The notes under the pieces are model-generated. The model was not told the origin of the DNA, searched no databases, and saw nothing but the letters and a program-made list of their open reading frames with translations. Below are positions 24,398-37,905 of a stretch of DNA of 64,000 bases, piece by piece. Within the stretch, counting starts at the first letter, position 1. Every line of letters begins with the position of its first letter. This DNA is from Eledone cirrhosa (taxonomy: Eukaryota): assembly GCA_964016885.1 (NCBI GenBank), contig OZ024762.1, positions 19,344,001-19,408,000 of the forward strand. The letters are read 5' to 3'. Both the position numbers and the translations under genes were made by a program.

Positions 24398-25120
24398 GTG
24401 GAAGAACCAAACTCCTGTCATCGCCTCCATCTCTCTCGCCCTCCCCATCTCTCTGTATGGCGAGCAAGTGAGGTGCCACTTGCTCGCCTCCCCACAGCCT
24501 CAGCGGACAATGTTAGATCCTTAAGTTTGAAATGTCCGATTTCCTTAAGCTCTTTCAATTTGAAATCAGGCATTTTATACTTAATGACCTGGTAGTATGT
24601 GTGGTCTTGCTATATTGCTTCTTCAGCTCTCGGTGATACAGTGTGATAGACAGATCTATGATCAAGTGTGTTTTAGCCTTGGCCTGAGAATGAACACAAC
24701 CATAAGGACATGGTCTGAATGTGGAAGAGCCGAACTCCATCTGTCACCGCCTCCATCTCTCTCGCTCTCCCTATCTCTCCGTATGGAGAGCAAGTGAGGT
24801 GCCACTTGCTCGCCTCCCCACAGCCTCAGCGGACAATGTTAGATCCTTAAGTTTGAAATGTCCGATTTCCTTAAGCTCTTTCAATTTGAAATCAGGCATT
24901 TTATACTTAATGACCTGGTAGTATGTGTGGTCTTGCTATATTGCTTCTTCAGCTCTCGGTGATACAGTGTGATAGACAGATCTATGATCAAGTGTGTTTT
25001 AGCCTTGGCCTGAGAATGAACACAACCATAAGGACATGGTCTGAATGTGGAAGAGCCGAACTCCATCTCTCACCGCCTCCATCTCTCTCGCTCTCCCCAT
25101 CTCTCCGTTTGGGGAGCAAG
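24398..25120. repeat. ~326-bp tandem duplication including the CRE 3' tail
   Basis: GTGGAAGA(A/G)CC(A/G)AACTCC at 24398, 24721 and 25047. Confidence 0.9.
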
Positions 25121-25321
25121 TGGGGTCCCACGTGCTGGCCACCCCCACAGCCCCGGCGGACAGAAGGGAGAAGGCGTTTCCCCCGAAGGATGGTAAGGGA
25201 GATGCGCCGGAAGAGCCATTCCATCTCACGAGGCTTACACCTGCGGCTGGCGAGCTCAGGGCCTATGATGGTAAGTAGGGAGGTAGTCCTAGGGTCAAGG
25301 ACACCAGAAGTCTCCACTGCG
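25047..25321 (-). mobile_element. CRE-clade 3' fragment
   Basis: VETSGVLDPRTTSLLTIIGPELASRRCKPREMEWLFRRISLTILRG; close to 19700-19945. Confidence 0.8.
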
Positions 25322-25505
25322 CCTACCTTGAGAACCTCTGCATTAGACCAACTTGGCCGTAGGGACCCATGAGGGGCACATTACAAAACCTCAATATTTT
25401 CATTACCATATTTCCAATGAAAGGTGAAACTGCCAATGATTTTTCAAATCATTTCGAAAATAATCAAGAATTTGTAGGGATTTAGCAATATAATTAACAT
25501 TCTCT

Positions 25506-25896
25506 GGATTGGCAGTATCAGTAGAGCGTCAGACGTCATGCTTTGCAGCATAGAGTTACGGCCCTTTATGATCTGAGTTCAAATTCCGTTAAGGTTAACT
25601 TTAACTTTCATCCTTACGGGGTTGATAAAAGTACCTGTAATACACTGGAGTAATTTGCTGGCTTTGTGCCAAAAGTAGAAACAATTATTAAGCAAGGGCG
25701 GTGGATTAGCAGTATGAAGAGAGTGCTGGACAACATGCTTTGCAGCATAGAGTTACGGCTCTTTACATTCTGTGTTCAAATCCTGCCGAGGTGAGCTTGA
25801 TAAAATAAAATACCAGTCACACACTGGGGTTGATTTAATCGACTTTCCCTCCCCCTAAAATTGCTGACCTTGTGCCTAAATCAGAAACAGTTATTA
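25506..25896 (+). mobile_element. Two head-to-tail SINE A copies
   Basis: Short and long variants. Confidence 0.85.
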
Positions 25897-25935
25897 AGCA
25901 GGTGTTTGGAACTTAACAAAAGTCCTTATAAAAAA

Positions 25936-26090
25936 CTAGCTGAATTACCCGGCGTTGCTCGGGTTATATTAAAACATATCAAAATTGTAATGGTAATAGA
26001 ATTTAGAAATGAAAATCTGTCAATCTTGAAGTACCTTAAGGTAAACAGTAGTCATTGTGTACATTTTTGTTGGTGTCCAAATGAATAAAT
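25936..26090 (-). mobile_element. Helitron 3' end
   Basis: Reverse complement ACCCGAGCAACGCCGGGT hairpin followed by AATTCAGCTAG|T; same terminus as 30736; 5' end not located. Confidence 0.75.
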
Positions 26091-26094
26091 TGTT

Positions 26095-26575
26095 GCTCAC
26101 ACACATACACACACATACACTCACATACACTCATACACACACACACTCACATACACTCATACACACACACACTCTCACATACACTCACACACATACACAC
26201 TCTCACATACTCACATACACTCACATACACACACACATACACACACATACACACACATACACTCACATACACACACATACACTCACATACACACATACAC
26301 TCTCACACACACTCACATATACACACATACTCTCACACACACTCACATATACACACATACACACACACTCACATACACTCACATGCACACACACACACAT
26401 ACACACTCTCACATACTCATATACACACATACACACACATACACTCACATACATACACACAGACACTCTCACATACACACACATACACACTCTCACATAC
26501 ACACACATACACACACTCACAAATTCATACACATTCGCATACACTCTCACCTACACTCACACACTCACATATACT
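26095..26575. repeat. CA-rich degenerate microsatellite
   Basis: Direct reading. Confidence 0.92.
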
Positions 26576-26631
26576 AAGACAGACACACAGACATACATTC
26601 ATGCACACCTATCTGTCATCGCATATATCTG

Positions 26632-27748
26632 TATGTTGTGACCCTGTAACTTCCCTCCACCCTAAGCTGTGACCCTGTAGCTTCCCTCCACCGCAAGCTG
26701 TGACCCTGTAGCTTCCCTCCACCGCAAGCTGTGACCCTGTAGCTTCCCTCCACCCCTATGTTGTGGCGTTGTAACTCCCCTCCACCCCTATGTTGTGACC
26801 CTGTAACTTCCCTCCACCCCAAGCTGTGACCCTGTAGCTTCCCTCCACCCCTATGTTGTGGCGTTGTAACTCCCCTCCACCCCTATGTTGTGACCCTGTA
26901 ACTTCCCTCCACCCCAAGCTGTGACCCTGTAGCTTCCCTCCACCCCTATGTTGTGGCGTTGTAACTCCCCTCCACCCCTATGTTGTGACCCTGTAACTTC
27001 CCTCCACCCCAAGCTGTGACCCTGTAGCTTCCCTCCACCCCTATGTTGTGGCGTTGTAACTCCCCTCCACCCCTATGTTGTGACCCTGTAACTTCCCTCC
27101 ACCCCAAGCTGTGACCCTGTAGCTTCCCTCCACCCCTATGTTGTGGCGTTGTAACTCCCCTCCACTCCTATGTTGTGACCCTGTAGCTGCCCTCCACCCC
27201 TTGTTGTGACCCTGTAACTCCCCCACCCCTATATTGTGACTCTGTACCTCCCCTCCACCCCTATGTTGTGGCCTTGTAACTCCCCTCCACCCCTATGTTG
27301 TGGCCGTGTAACTCCCCTCCACCCCTATGTTGTGACCCAGTAACTCCCCTCCACTCCTATGTTGTGACCCTGTAGCTGCCCTCCACCCCTTGTTGTGACC
27401 CTGTAACTCCCCCACCTCTATATTGTGACCCTGTACCTCCCCTCCACCCCTATATTGTGACCCTGTACCTCCCCTCCACCCCTATATTGTGACTCTGTAC
27501 CTCCCCTCCACCCCTATGTTGTGGCCTTGTAACTCCCCTCCACCCCTATGTTGTGGCCGTGTAACTCCCCTCCACCCCTATGTTGTGACCCAGTAACTCC
27601 CCTCCACCCCTATGTTGTGGCCTTGTAACTCCCCTCCACCCCTATGTTGTGACCCAGTAACTCCCCTCCACGCCTATGTTGTGACCCAGTAACTCCCCTC
27701 CACGCCTATGTTGTGACCCAGTAACTCCCCTCCACCCCTATGTTGTGC
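26632..27748. repeat. 30-32-bp C-rich minisatellite
   Basis: Unit ~CCCTGTAACTCCCCTCCACCCCTATGTTGTGA; three-unit 94-bp period in 26710-27160. Confidence 0.95.
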
Positions 27749-27942
27749 TCCTGTATCTGTGAGACCTCAATATCAGTTGTTAACCTTGATAAAAGGTAAA
27801 TAGTTTTTCCTCTCTGTTTATGTTAATATATCTCTGTTCTATTTTTGTAATTCACAATAGTTGTTATAACAACTTACTAATTGTGAAACAAGCCTATTTT
27901 TACTGTATGTTTGTTCCAAATACGAGCGCCAGCTAACAATTT

Positions 27943-28437
27943 CATAGGCTGACTAAGATAATCTCATGGAATGACCAAATGAGGTTTATTTTCAACATGC
28001 AAGATTGCACAGATCTAGCATCACTCCTTCATAGGCTGACTAAGATACTCTCATGGAATGACCAAATGAGGTTTATTTTCAACATGCAAGATTGCACAGA
28101 TCTAGCATCACTCCTTCATAGGCTGACTAAGATACTCTCATGGAATGACCAAATGAGGTTTATTTTCAACATGCAAGATTGCACAGCTCTAGCATTACTC
28201 CTTCATAGGCTGACTAAGATACTCTCATGGAATGACCAAATGAGGTTTATTTTTCAACATGCAAGATTGCACAGCTCTAGCATTACTCCTTCATAGGCTG
28301 ACCAAGATACTCTCATGGAATGACCAAATGAGGTTTATTTTTCAACATGCAAGATTGCACAGCTCTAGCATTACTCCTTCATAGGCTGACCAAGATACTC
28401 TCATGGAATGACCAAATGAGGTTTATTTTTCAACATA
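27943..28437. repeat. 87/88-bp tandem repeat (about 5.6 units)
   Basis: CATAGGCTGACTAAGATACTCTCATGGAATGACC... recurs. Confidence 0.95.
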
Positions 28438-28574
28438 GTCCCTGGAAAGGAACAATACAGTTATTAATAAGTATAGTTGATATTAATGCATGTAAGATTT
28501 CACAGCTCTAGAATCATTCCTTCCTATTCAGCCTATGAATTTTTCAGCCCACCAAATATATATATCCATAGGTC

Positions 28575-28765
28575 TAGGCATGGCTGTGGGGTTAAGCAGT
28601 TTGCTTTGGAAACCATGTGGTTTCCGGTTCAATCCCACTGTGTTGCATTTTAGCCAGGTGTCTTTACCATAGCCTTTGGTTGACAGAAACTGTGTGGAAG
28701 GCCATCAGATGAATCCTACTTCCTTCCTTACTTGTAATTCAAAAGTGCAACCCTGTCACATTATG
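28575..28765 (+). mobile_element. Degenerate tRNA-derived SINE (third family)
   Basis: GGCATGGCTGTGGGGTTAAG...GGTTCAATCCCACTG head. Confidence 0.55.
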
Positions 28766-28773
28766 CCACACTG

Positions 28774-29103
28774 GAAGGAAACTGCAGTAGAGGAAGACCA
28801 AGGAAGAGTTGACCTGAGGTTGAAGTTGTAAGGGCTGATCCTAAATTACTGAAGCTTACAGAAGGAAACTGCAGTAGAGGAAGACCAAGGAAGAGTTGAC
28901 CTGAGGTTGAAGTTGTAAGGGCTGATCCTAAATTACTGAAGCTTACAGAAGGAAACTGCAGTAGAGGAAGACCAAGGAAGAGTTGACCTGAGGTTGAAGT
29001 TGTAAGGGCTGATCCTAAATTACTGAAGCTTACAGAGGAGATGATGAAGGACCGCAACGAGTAGTGGAAGGATGCTGTGCTGGCAAAAGACCCATCTAAC
29101 CCA
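28774..29103 (+). mobile_element. RTE LINE 3' fragment with an 87-bp segment triplicated
   Basis: EGNCSRGRPRKS...VVRADPKLLKLTEEMMKDR; homologous to 48198-48410. Confidence 0.8.
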
Positions 29104-29479
29104 AATTTTTCGACAAGATTCAGCTATAGAGCTGTTTTGTACTTTTTAAGAATGTCTTGCTAATGTGGTTTTGTGTGAATCATTATCATTGAATGCAGTG
29201 AAGGATCCACCACCACCACCACCACCACCACCGCCGCCGCCACCACTACTACCACCACCGGCGCCGCCACCACCACCACCACCACCACCACCACCACCAC
29301 CACCACTATCATCATTATCATATTAAAAAGGTTCTCAGTGAATTTGTGCTACTTGAGCCACACTGCATAGTTTCAAATTTCACCGAATCATAGATCGCAA
29401 ATCAGACCCCACCCTATATGATAAAGCAAAACCTGTTCCCATCACGCTGTATTAGTTAGTGTATTTAGGCTTATTCTTT

Positions 29480-29705
29480 ACCATCATCACCATCACCATC
29501 ATCATCATCACCATCATCATCATCACTTTTAGTCTGTTTTTCCCTGCTTGCATGGGTTGGACAGGTCTTTTTCAGCATAGCATCTCTCCACTCAACACGT
29601 CCCTTTGTCATCTCCTCTGTAAGTCCCAGTGATTTGAGATCAGCTCTCACTACCTCCACCCAGCTCTTCCTTGGTCTACCTCTGCTATGGCTCCCTATCA
29701 CTGGG
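29480..29705 (-). mobile_element. RTE LINE 3' end with (GAT)n tail
   Basis: RGRPRKSWVEVVRADLKSLGLTEEMTKGRVEWRDAM. Confidence 0.85.
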
Positions 29706-29739
29706 ATTTCCTTGGTTAATATATTAGTGTTAATATTTA

Positions 29740-30368
29740 GTGCTCAAAGCACCTTACCCACACTGCAAAGAGGTCATGTAGGTGTCACAACAAAAAGCAC
29801 CTCGCCCACACTGTAAAGTGGTCATGTAGGTGACAACAAAAAGCACCCTGTCCACACTGTAAAGTGGTCGTGTAGGTGTCAATAAAAAGCAGCCAACCTA
29901 CACTGTAAAGTGGTCATGTAGGTGCCACAACAAAAAGCACCTCGCCCACACTGTAAAGTGGTCATGTAGGTGCCACAACAAAAAGCACCTCGCCCACACT
30001 GTAAAGTGGTCATGTAGGTGACAACAAAAAGCACCCTGTCCACACTGTAAAGTGGTCGTGTAGGTGTCAACAAAAAGCACCCAGCCCACACTGTAAAGTG
30101 GTCATGTAGGTGCCACAACAAAAAGCACCCTGTCCACACTGTAAAGTGGTCGTGTAGGTGTCAACAAAAAGCACCCAGCCCACACTGTAAAGTGGTCATG
30201 TAGGTGCCACAACAAAAAGCACGTCACCCACACTGTAAAGTGGTTATGTAGGTGCCACAACAAAAAGCACCCAACCCACACTATAAAGTGGTTGTGTAAG
30301 TGTCACAACAAAAAGCACTCAGTCCACACTATAAAGTGGTCGTGTAGGTGTCACAACAAAAAGCACTG
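29740..30368 (+). repeat. 46-48-bp minisatellite derived from the SINE B tail (array 1)
   Basis: CACACTGTAAAGTGGTCATGTAGGTGCCACAACAAAAAGCACCC..; compare 35781-35838. Confidence 0.92.
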
Positions 30369-30409
30369 TTACCATATATATATATATATATATATTTAAT
30401 ATAGAAATG

Positions 30410-30459
30410 GCTTCTACAAGACTAGAACAGTTTCATTTGAAGGAAATCATCAGGAAAGC
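30410..30459 (-). ncRNA. Hammerhead-like motif, family 5 (degenerate)
   Basis: Reverse complement GCTTTC-CTGATGA-TTTCCTTCAAAT-GAAA-CTGTTCTAGTCTTG-TA-GAAGC. Confidence 0.55.
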
Positions 30460-30735
30460 TGACTATCAATGTTTTTGTATTTATTATTACTATCTCTCTC
30501 TATATATAGTAATAATAAATACAAAGACTAATATCCAGATAGGACTCAATAAAGGCAGTTTATTTATACATACATATCAATAAAGGTGTAAACCTGACTG
30601 CGACCCCCTAGTAGTTTCGATGTTGCGGCTCGGTTATACCTTTATTTATGCCCACTCTGCTCCTTCCTATAGATAGAGTACTACCCTGATTTGTGGTCAC
30701 TCCAGTCTTGGCACCACAGATGTTATATATATATA

Positions 30736-31698
30736 CTAGCTGAATTACCTGCACCTTGCTGCGTTTCACACATTTCTTTTGTAAAAGCTCTGCATTTCAA
30801 TATTATTCAATGTAAAATGCAATGCATGAAAAATTGGAAAACATTATTTTTTGTAATATATCAAATCAAAATTACATTATTAAATCTTATTCTTATTGTT
30901 TCTTGTAATTAATTTTTTTCAAAATATCAATTCAAAACTTGATCATTTCATTTTTGTGTAAAGCATTATGTTCAAATTAGAAATTCAAAGTTTAATTATT
31001 TATTTTTTAACATAATAAATACATGAAAATATATTTCATACTTTGTCCTAATGAAGAACTTCAGGGTAAACATTTCTTGTCTTTCTTTGATTGGCTAAAA
31101 TGTAGAGATTTTTTGAAGTTCCAGTCCTTGAAACAGCCACATAAATCATGCCATGACTTAAACATGGGTTTGTCAGATCTATACCAATAGTTTTGAAAGT
31201 TGGACCTTGACTCTTATTGATGCTCATGGCAAAGCATGGCCTCACTGGGAACTGCAGCCTCTTAAATGTAAAAGGCAACTCGCTATCACTTGGTATAAGT
31301 GGAATCCTCGGAATGAGAAGAGTTTGACCTTTGTAAGCCCCGAATATAATGGTTGCTTCAATCAAGTTCTCATGCAATCTTGTTACAACACATCCTGTTC
31401 CATTTATTGGCCAACATTTTCACTATAGGGGATTTAACCCCCATTCGGGTGTCTTAATATTATTGAAATTTGCTGAAATTTTGTGAATAGGCATCATATC
31501 TTCTCATTTACCTATGGTTTAAATTTCATATAAATCGAAGGGAAACATTTTTCAGCAGGGGTTTGTGCCCCTGGGGAACCCTTTGATTAAGATGAAATAT
31601 ACTTATCCAAGTACCCTGGGTAATGTAGTTTCGGAATATATATATGGTTATAGGAGGAGTTTGTGAACAAACAGACAGGAACTACAACTTTATATAGA
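30736..31698 (-). mobile_element. Internally deleted Helitron (963 bp)
   Basis: A|TCTATATAAAG 5' end at 31698; ...AATTCAGCTAG|T 3' end at 30736; helicase remnant inside. Confidence 0.85.
31048..31385 (-). pseudogene. Helitron Rep-Hel C-terminal Pif1-like helicase fragment
   Basis: LIPRIPLIPSD..LPFTFKRLQFPVRPCFAMSINKSQG...SHGMIYVAVSR...TRNVYPEVL. Confidence 0.93.
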
Positions 31699-31966
31699 TA
31701 TAACATATATAACCCTTATCTTATTTATATTTATATATATAAGTATAACTATTACTCTCTCTCTCTATATATATATAAGTATAACTATTACTCTCTCTCT
31801 ATATATATATATATATCCACACACACACTCTCTCTGAAGATCCTCCAAATGAGTGAAAGCAAAAATGATTTGCGTTTAATCTATATAGACTCATGTAACC
31901 ATTGTCATTTTGTGTCAATGTTCTCATGGACTGGTCAGTATATCTATCTATCTATCTATATACACA

Positions 31967-32048
<82 letters not shown>

Positions 32049-32234
32049 CGGAGTGAAAACAAGCGAATAGCGATCTCTAGACCTACCACTTCAGAGAAAC
32101 AATTGTCAGCAATGAGATTAAAAACCTTTTTTGTATAGCAAACCATGTCAATCTTCTTTCCTGATTTATATATATATATATATATACACACACTGATATT
32201 AAATAAATGGAAACTATATTTATAAAACCATATT

Positions 32235-32297
32235 TATTTTATTATATATATTTCAAGGGTACCAAAACACATTGGAACGCTTTCCTCAGATAATATA
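32235..32297 (-). ncRNA. Type I hammerhead, family 1 (in inverted-pair element 32195-32545)
   Basis: Reverse complement TATATTAT-CTGAGGA-AAGCGTTCCAA..TTGGTACCCTT-GAAA-TATATA-TA-ATAAAATA; the + arm at 32368-32420 lacks CTGA. Confidence 0.7.
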
Positions 32298-32674
32298 CAA
32301 AGTTTGTTTTATAAATAGAGACATACCCAGGAAGAACATACCTTATCGGTTGGATATTCTCTGGATAGGAAAGCGTACCAATGTGTTTTGGTACCCTTGA
32401 AATATATATAATAAAATAAATATAGTTTCCATTTATTTAATATCATTGAATATTTACTCCAGGAACTTGTTGAGTGCTCTAAATCAGTTATAAACATTTA
32501 TATTTGTCGGACTTCCAACAAATTAAATACCCCTTCTACTTATATATATATTTAACCTAATATATTCCTTCTATACTGTACCGATTGTGTTGTTATTTCT
32601 GTTTACCTTTTACATATATTATACACATATATATATATATATATGAAATCTTTCTGAAGAAATGTATTGCTAGT

Positions 32675-33230
32675 GAATATATATATATATATATATATAT
32701 ATTCATATGTGCATATTTGTGTTTATATATATATATATACAAACACACATACACACACATATATGCACATAAACACACATATATGCCCATACACACATAC
32801 ACATGTATATATATGCCCATACACACAGACACACGTATATATGCCCATACACACACGTATATATATATGCCCATACACACACATACACACATGTATATAT
32901 ATGCCCATATACACACACACATATATATGCCCATACACATATACACATATATGTCCATACACACATGTATATATATGCCCACACACACACACATACACAC
33001 ACACGTATATATATGCCCATACACACACACGCATGTATATATATGCCCATACACACATGTATATATATATGCCCATAAACACACACACACGTATATATGC
33101 CCATAAACACACACACACACATATATATATGCCCATACACATACACACACATATATATGCCCATACACACACACACACATACGTATATATATGCCCATAC
33201 ACACGTACACACACATGTATATATATATAT

Positions 33231-33270
<40 letters not shown>

Positions 33271-33626
33271 GCCCATAAACACACACACACACACACACAC
33301 GTATATATATATATGCCCATACACACATACATACATACACATGTATATATATATATGCACACACACACACACATACATACACATGTATATATATATATAT
33401 ATGCACACACACACACACGTATATATATGCCCATAAACACATACACACACATGTATATATATGCCCATACACACACACACACATACATGCACATGTATAT
33501 ATATATGCACCCACACACACACACGTATATCACGTATATGCCCATAAACACACATAAACACACATACACACACATGTATATATATGCCCATACACACACA
33601 TACACACTCATGTGTATATATATATG

Positions 33627-33657
<31 letters not shown>

Positions 33658-33757
33658 ACACATGTATATATATATATATGCACAGACACACACACACACA
33701 GACACACACACACACACACACACGCACGCACGCACGCACGCACGCACACACACACAT
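32675..33757. repeat. ATATGCCCATACACAC compound minisatellite
   Basis: Direct reading. Confidence 0.93.
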
Positions 33758-33839
33758 CTAGATATTTACAAGCTAAACAGGAAATTTAATAGTGTTATTG
33801 CTGTTCTGTAATATCCCATTGGCTAGTCATCACTCACTG

Positions 33840-33888
<49 letters not shown>

Positions 33889-34071
33889 TGTCATGATTTT
33901 CATTGTTGTTGTTGTTGTTGTTGTCATTTATTAATGATTCATGCTAAATATATTATGTCAACGAATTTCATGCTTCGTAAAATCTGTTGAATCTTAATTT
34001 TTACGGCCTGATACAATGAAATATTTCTCACCTCTCAGAAGTATTCCTTTCTCTGTGAGTCAAATGAATAT

Positions 34072-34503
34072 ATCATCATCATCATCACCATCATATTACC
34101 ACCACCACCACTACCACCACCACCACCACCACCACCACCACTACCACCACCACCACCACCACCACCACCACCACCACCACCATATTACCACCACCACCAC
34201 CACTACCTCCACCATTATCATGACCACCTCCACCACCACCACCACCACTACCTCCACCATTATCATGACCACCACCACCACCACCACCATATTACCACCA
34301 CCACCACCACTACCTCCACCATTATCATGACCACCTCCACCACCACCACCACCACCACCACCACTACCTCCACCATTATCATGACCACCTCCACCACCAC
34401 CACCACTGCCTCCACTATTATCATGACCACCACCACCATCACCACCACCATATCACCACCTCCACCATTATCATGACCACCACCACCACCACCACCATCA
34501 TCA
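34072..34503. repeat. (CAC)n/(CAT)n compound repeat
   Basis: Direct reading; adjoins a decayed RTE 3' end at 34505-34655 (-). Confidence 0.92.
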
Positions 34504-34724
34504 CACATTGGTTTATCCCATGCTTGCATGGGTTTGATGTGTGTTTTCCAGCACACCCTCCCTCCATTCATCATTGTTCTACCTTCGTCATCTCCTCAGC
34601 GGGGTTTCAGTGACTTGAGACCACCTCTCACCACCTCCTGCCCTCCTTCTTCAGGTTTTGTGAATATAGTTATGGCTGCATGTCATCGTCATATGAAAGA
34701 CAGCTCACATCTGTTCCGGTTAAG

Positions 34725-35390
34725 CTTATAGAAGATCTTTCTGGCTTCCTGTGGTTGTCCCCTTATAGAAGGTTTCTCAGGTGTTACTGGCTTACCTGTG
34801 GTCCCTTATAGAAGGTTTCTCAGGTGTTACTGGCTTACCTGTGGTCCCTTATAGAAGGTTTCTCAGGTGTTACTGGCTTACCATGTGGTCCCTTATAGAA
34901 GATTTCTCAGGTATGTCTGGCTTACCATGTGGTCCCTTATAGAAGATTTCTCAGGTGTGTCTGGCTTACCTGTGGTCCCTTATAGAAGGTTTCTCAGGTG
35001 TTACTGGCTTACCATGTGGTCCCTTATAGAAGATTTCTCAGGTATGTCTGGCTTACCATCTGGTCCCTTATAGAAGATTTCTCAGGTATGTCTGGCTTAC
35101 CATGTGGTCCCTTATAGAAGATTTCTCAGGTGTGTCTGGCCTACCCTCTGGCTCCTTATAGAAGGTTTCTCAGGTGTTACTGGCTTACCATGTGGTCCCT
35201 TATAGAAGATTTCTCAGGTATGTCTGGCTTACCATGTGGTCCCTTATAGAAGATTTCTCAGGTGTGTCTGGCCTACCCTCTGGCTCCTTATAGAAGGTTT
35301 CTCAGGTGTTACTGGCTTACCATGTGGCCCTTATAGAAGATTTCTCAGGTATGTCTGGTTTACCCTATGGTTGCTCCTTATAGAAGACTT
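34725..35390. repeat. 42/43-bp minisatellite
   Basis: CTTATAGAAG(G/A)TTTCTCAGGT..CTGGCTTACC(A)TGTGGTCC. Confidence 0.95.
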
Positions 35391-35608
35391 CTTGGGCGTT
35401 TTAATGATAGGGTTCCTTAGATTAGAGGAGAAAGATAAATATGGGTGAAAGTGGTGTCCAAATAAGTATCCTTCTCATCCAACTAACTTATCCTCAGCCT
35501 CCAAGTCCCAGCCGACAGGATGGAGAATGTTTTGTTCCGGAGGACAAGTGTGAAACTGTACCTCATATAGGATTTCCTGTGTGTTTTAACCCTTTAGCAT
35601 TTACATAA

Positions 35609-35960
35609 TGGGGGCACATGGCTTAGTGGTTAGAGCATTGGCCCTGCAATCGAAAGGTTGTGAGTTCAATTCTCGGACCGGGTGATGTGTTGTTTCCTTG
35701 AGCAAGACACTTTATTTCACATTGCTCCAGTTTACTCAGCTGTAGAAATGAGATGATAGGGAGTGGGGTCCATATCATTCCACTGCAAAATGGTCGTGGA
35801 GGTGCCACGGCAAAAAAGCACCCAGCACTCACTGTAAATGAGGTTGGTGTTAGGAAGGGCATCCAGCTGTAGAAATTAAGCCAGAATCAATTCCCGTCCC
35901 ACCCTTGCAAGCAGGGAAAAGTGGACGTAAAATGATGATGATGATGATGATGATGATGAT
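35609..35960 (+). mobile_element. SINE family B (tRNA head, CORE-like CCTTGAGCAAGACACTT domain, RTE-like 3' tail plus (GAT)n)
   Basis: TGGCTTAGTGG A-box, GTTCAATTC B-box; tail ACCCTTGCAAGCAGGGAAAAGTGGACGTAAAATGATG shared with the RTE 3' end at 48175-48232. Confidence 0.9.
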
Positions 35961-36377
35961 TGTTCCTTTTTTCTCTCTTGTCTACGATTTCACAGAACTT
36001 ATGTTCACCGAATCCAGGGACTAGACTCCTTCTTCCTCCTGTTTGACCTGTGTGGAATTCCTTCCTTGCTCACATTTCGACTAGGTTTGATGGTCTTTAT
36101 TCTCTCTCGTCCACGATTTCACCGAACTTATATTCATGGAAATTTGGGATTTGACTCCTTCTTCCTCACTTTTCATTGCATTACCATCTTTGATTGTTTA
36201 CAGTCTCGCTCGTTCCCCTTATTTACGTGTCCCAACGACTTTCTTTAGCCGTTGCTCGCACCAACCAGAGGTGTATGGTCTTTAAAGCGATGAAATACCA
36301 ATGAAGGTTGGAACACTGATGAAGGACTAACTTTATTCATATGTAACCCATTTGCAACCACGCAGCCCATTTTGTTT

Positions 36378-36378
36378 T

Positions 36379-36409
<31 letters not shown>

Positions 36410-36934
36410 GATATATATATGTATATGATATATATATATGTATATGATATATATGTATATGATATATATATGTGTATATATATATATGTATATGATATAT
36501 ATATATGTATATGATATATATATGTATATGATATATATATGTATATGATATATATATGTATATGATATATATATATGTATATGATATATATATATGTATA
36601 TGATATATATATATGTATATGATATATATATGTATATGATATATATATGTATATGATATATATATATGTATATGATATATATATATGTATATGATATATA
36701 TATATATGTATATGATATATATATATGTATATGATATATGTGTATATATATATATATGATATATATATATATGTATATGATATATATATATGTATATGAT
36801 ATATGTGTATATATATATATGTATATGATATATATATATATGTATATGATATATATATATGTATATGATATATGTGTATATATATATATATGTATATGAT
36901 ATATATGTATATGATATATATATATGTATATGAT

Positions 36935-36966
<32 letters not shown>

Positions 36967-37415
36967 GATATATATATATATAAAATAAAAATTATATAAC
37001 AAAACAGTTCCTTCTAGTCCAGTTACAACTGTTTTTTTATTTCTTCACAGAAATTCTCTATTGTTTACATATAAACTATGTTACATTTTAAACATTTTTA
37101 TGACATTTCTTTATTTTAGTTTTTGTTTCATTTTATTTAAAAGATTTAAACATTTTTTTATTTGAATTTTATTTTTTTATATTTTATTTTAATTTAATTT
37201 TATCTTTTAATATTTTATTTTAATTTTATTTTCTTTTAATTTTATCTTTTAATATTTTATTTGAATTTTATTTTCTTTTAATTTTATCTTTTAATATTTT
37301 ATTTGAATTTTATTTTAATTTTATTTTATTTTAATTTATTTTAATTTTTATTTGATTTATTTTTTTATTTTTATTTTACTTTATTTTATTTTATTTTTTA
37401 TTATTAAATTTTTAT
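36378..37415. repeat. (TATATGTATATGA)n and (TTTTA)n low-complexity tracts
   Basis: Direct reading (36378-36985 and 37100-37415). Confidence 0.9.
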
Positions 37416-37905
37416 TTACCGATTTCTCTGCTTGGAATCTTGAGACAGCTGAGACAAAATGTCATCTGATTGAACTGCATTCTTGCAGTTTAGTCAGCGA
37501 TAGCAATTAATTTTGGAAATTGATAGGTCAAAACCTCTACTCTCCTAGACTTTTTGTCTCATTCTGTTTCACTTTGACTATGATAAAAGGATATACAGCT
37601 GCTGCTACTACTGATACTACATAATCTCACCCCACACCACTGCCCACCCATGCCTGTAGCTATGCTACTTGAGTTTCGGCTAAACTCATTAACAGTAAGA
37701 TGCCTTAGTTAAATTAATTACATTTATAAGTAGCCTTTACAACCATGTTAGCAAGCCAGGCAACCACCAGCAGCAGCAATTATATTTAAACTTATTAACC
37801 CCTTTATCATATTTATAATGAAAGAGACTACCTATGATTTTCAAGTGATTGTGAAAATAATCAAGAATTAGGTAAGATCTAGGAATGTAACTTAAGTTGG
37901 TGAGT

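Noticed and set aside
31048-31385. Host PIF1 gene
   Set aside because: Lies inside Helitron termini and covers only the C-terminal motifs.
31830-31880. CTGAAGA...GAAA-GCAAA..TTTGC hammerhead-like string
   Set aside because: Lacks the required U16.1 and has no stem I; at best a decayed copy.
35609-35685. tRNA gene
   Set aside because: A/B boxes are present but there is no complete cloverleaf; it continues into a SINE body and is multi-copy.
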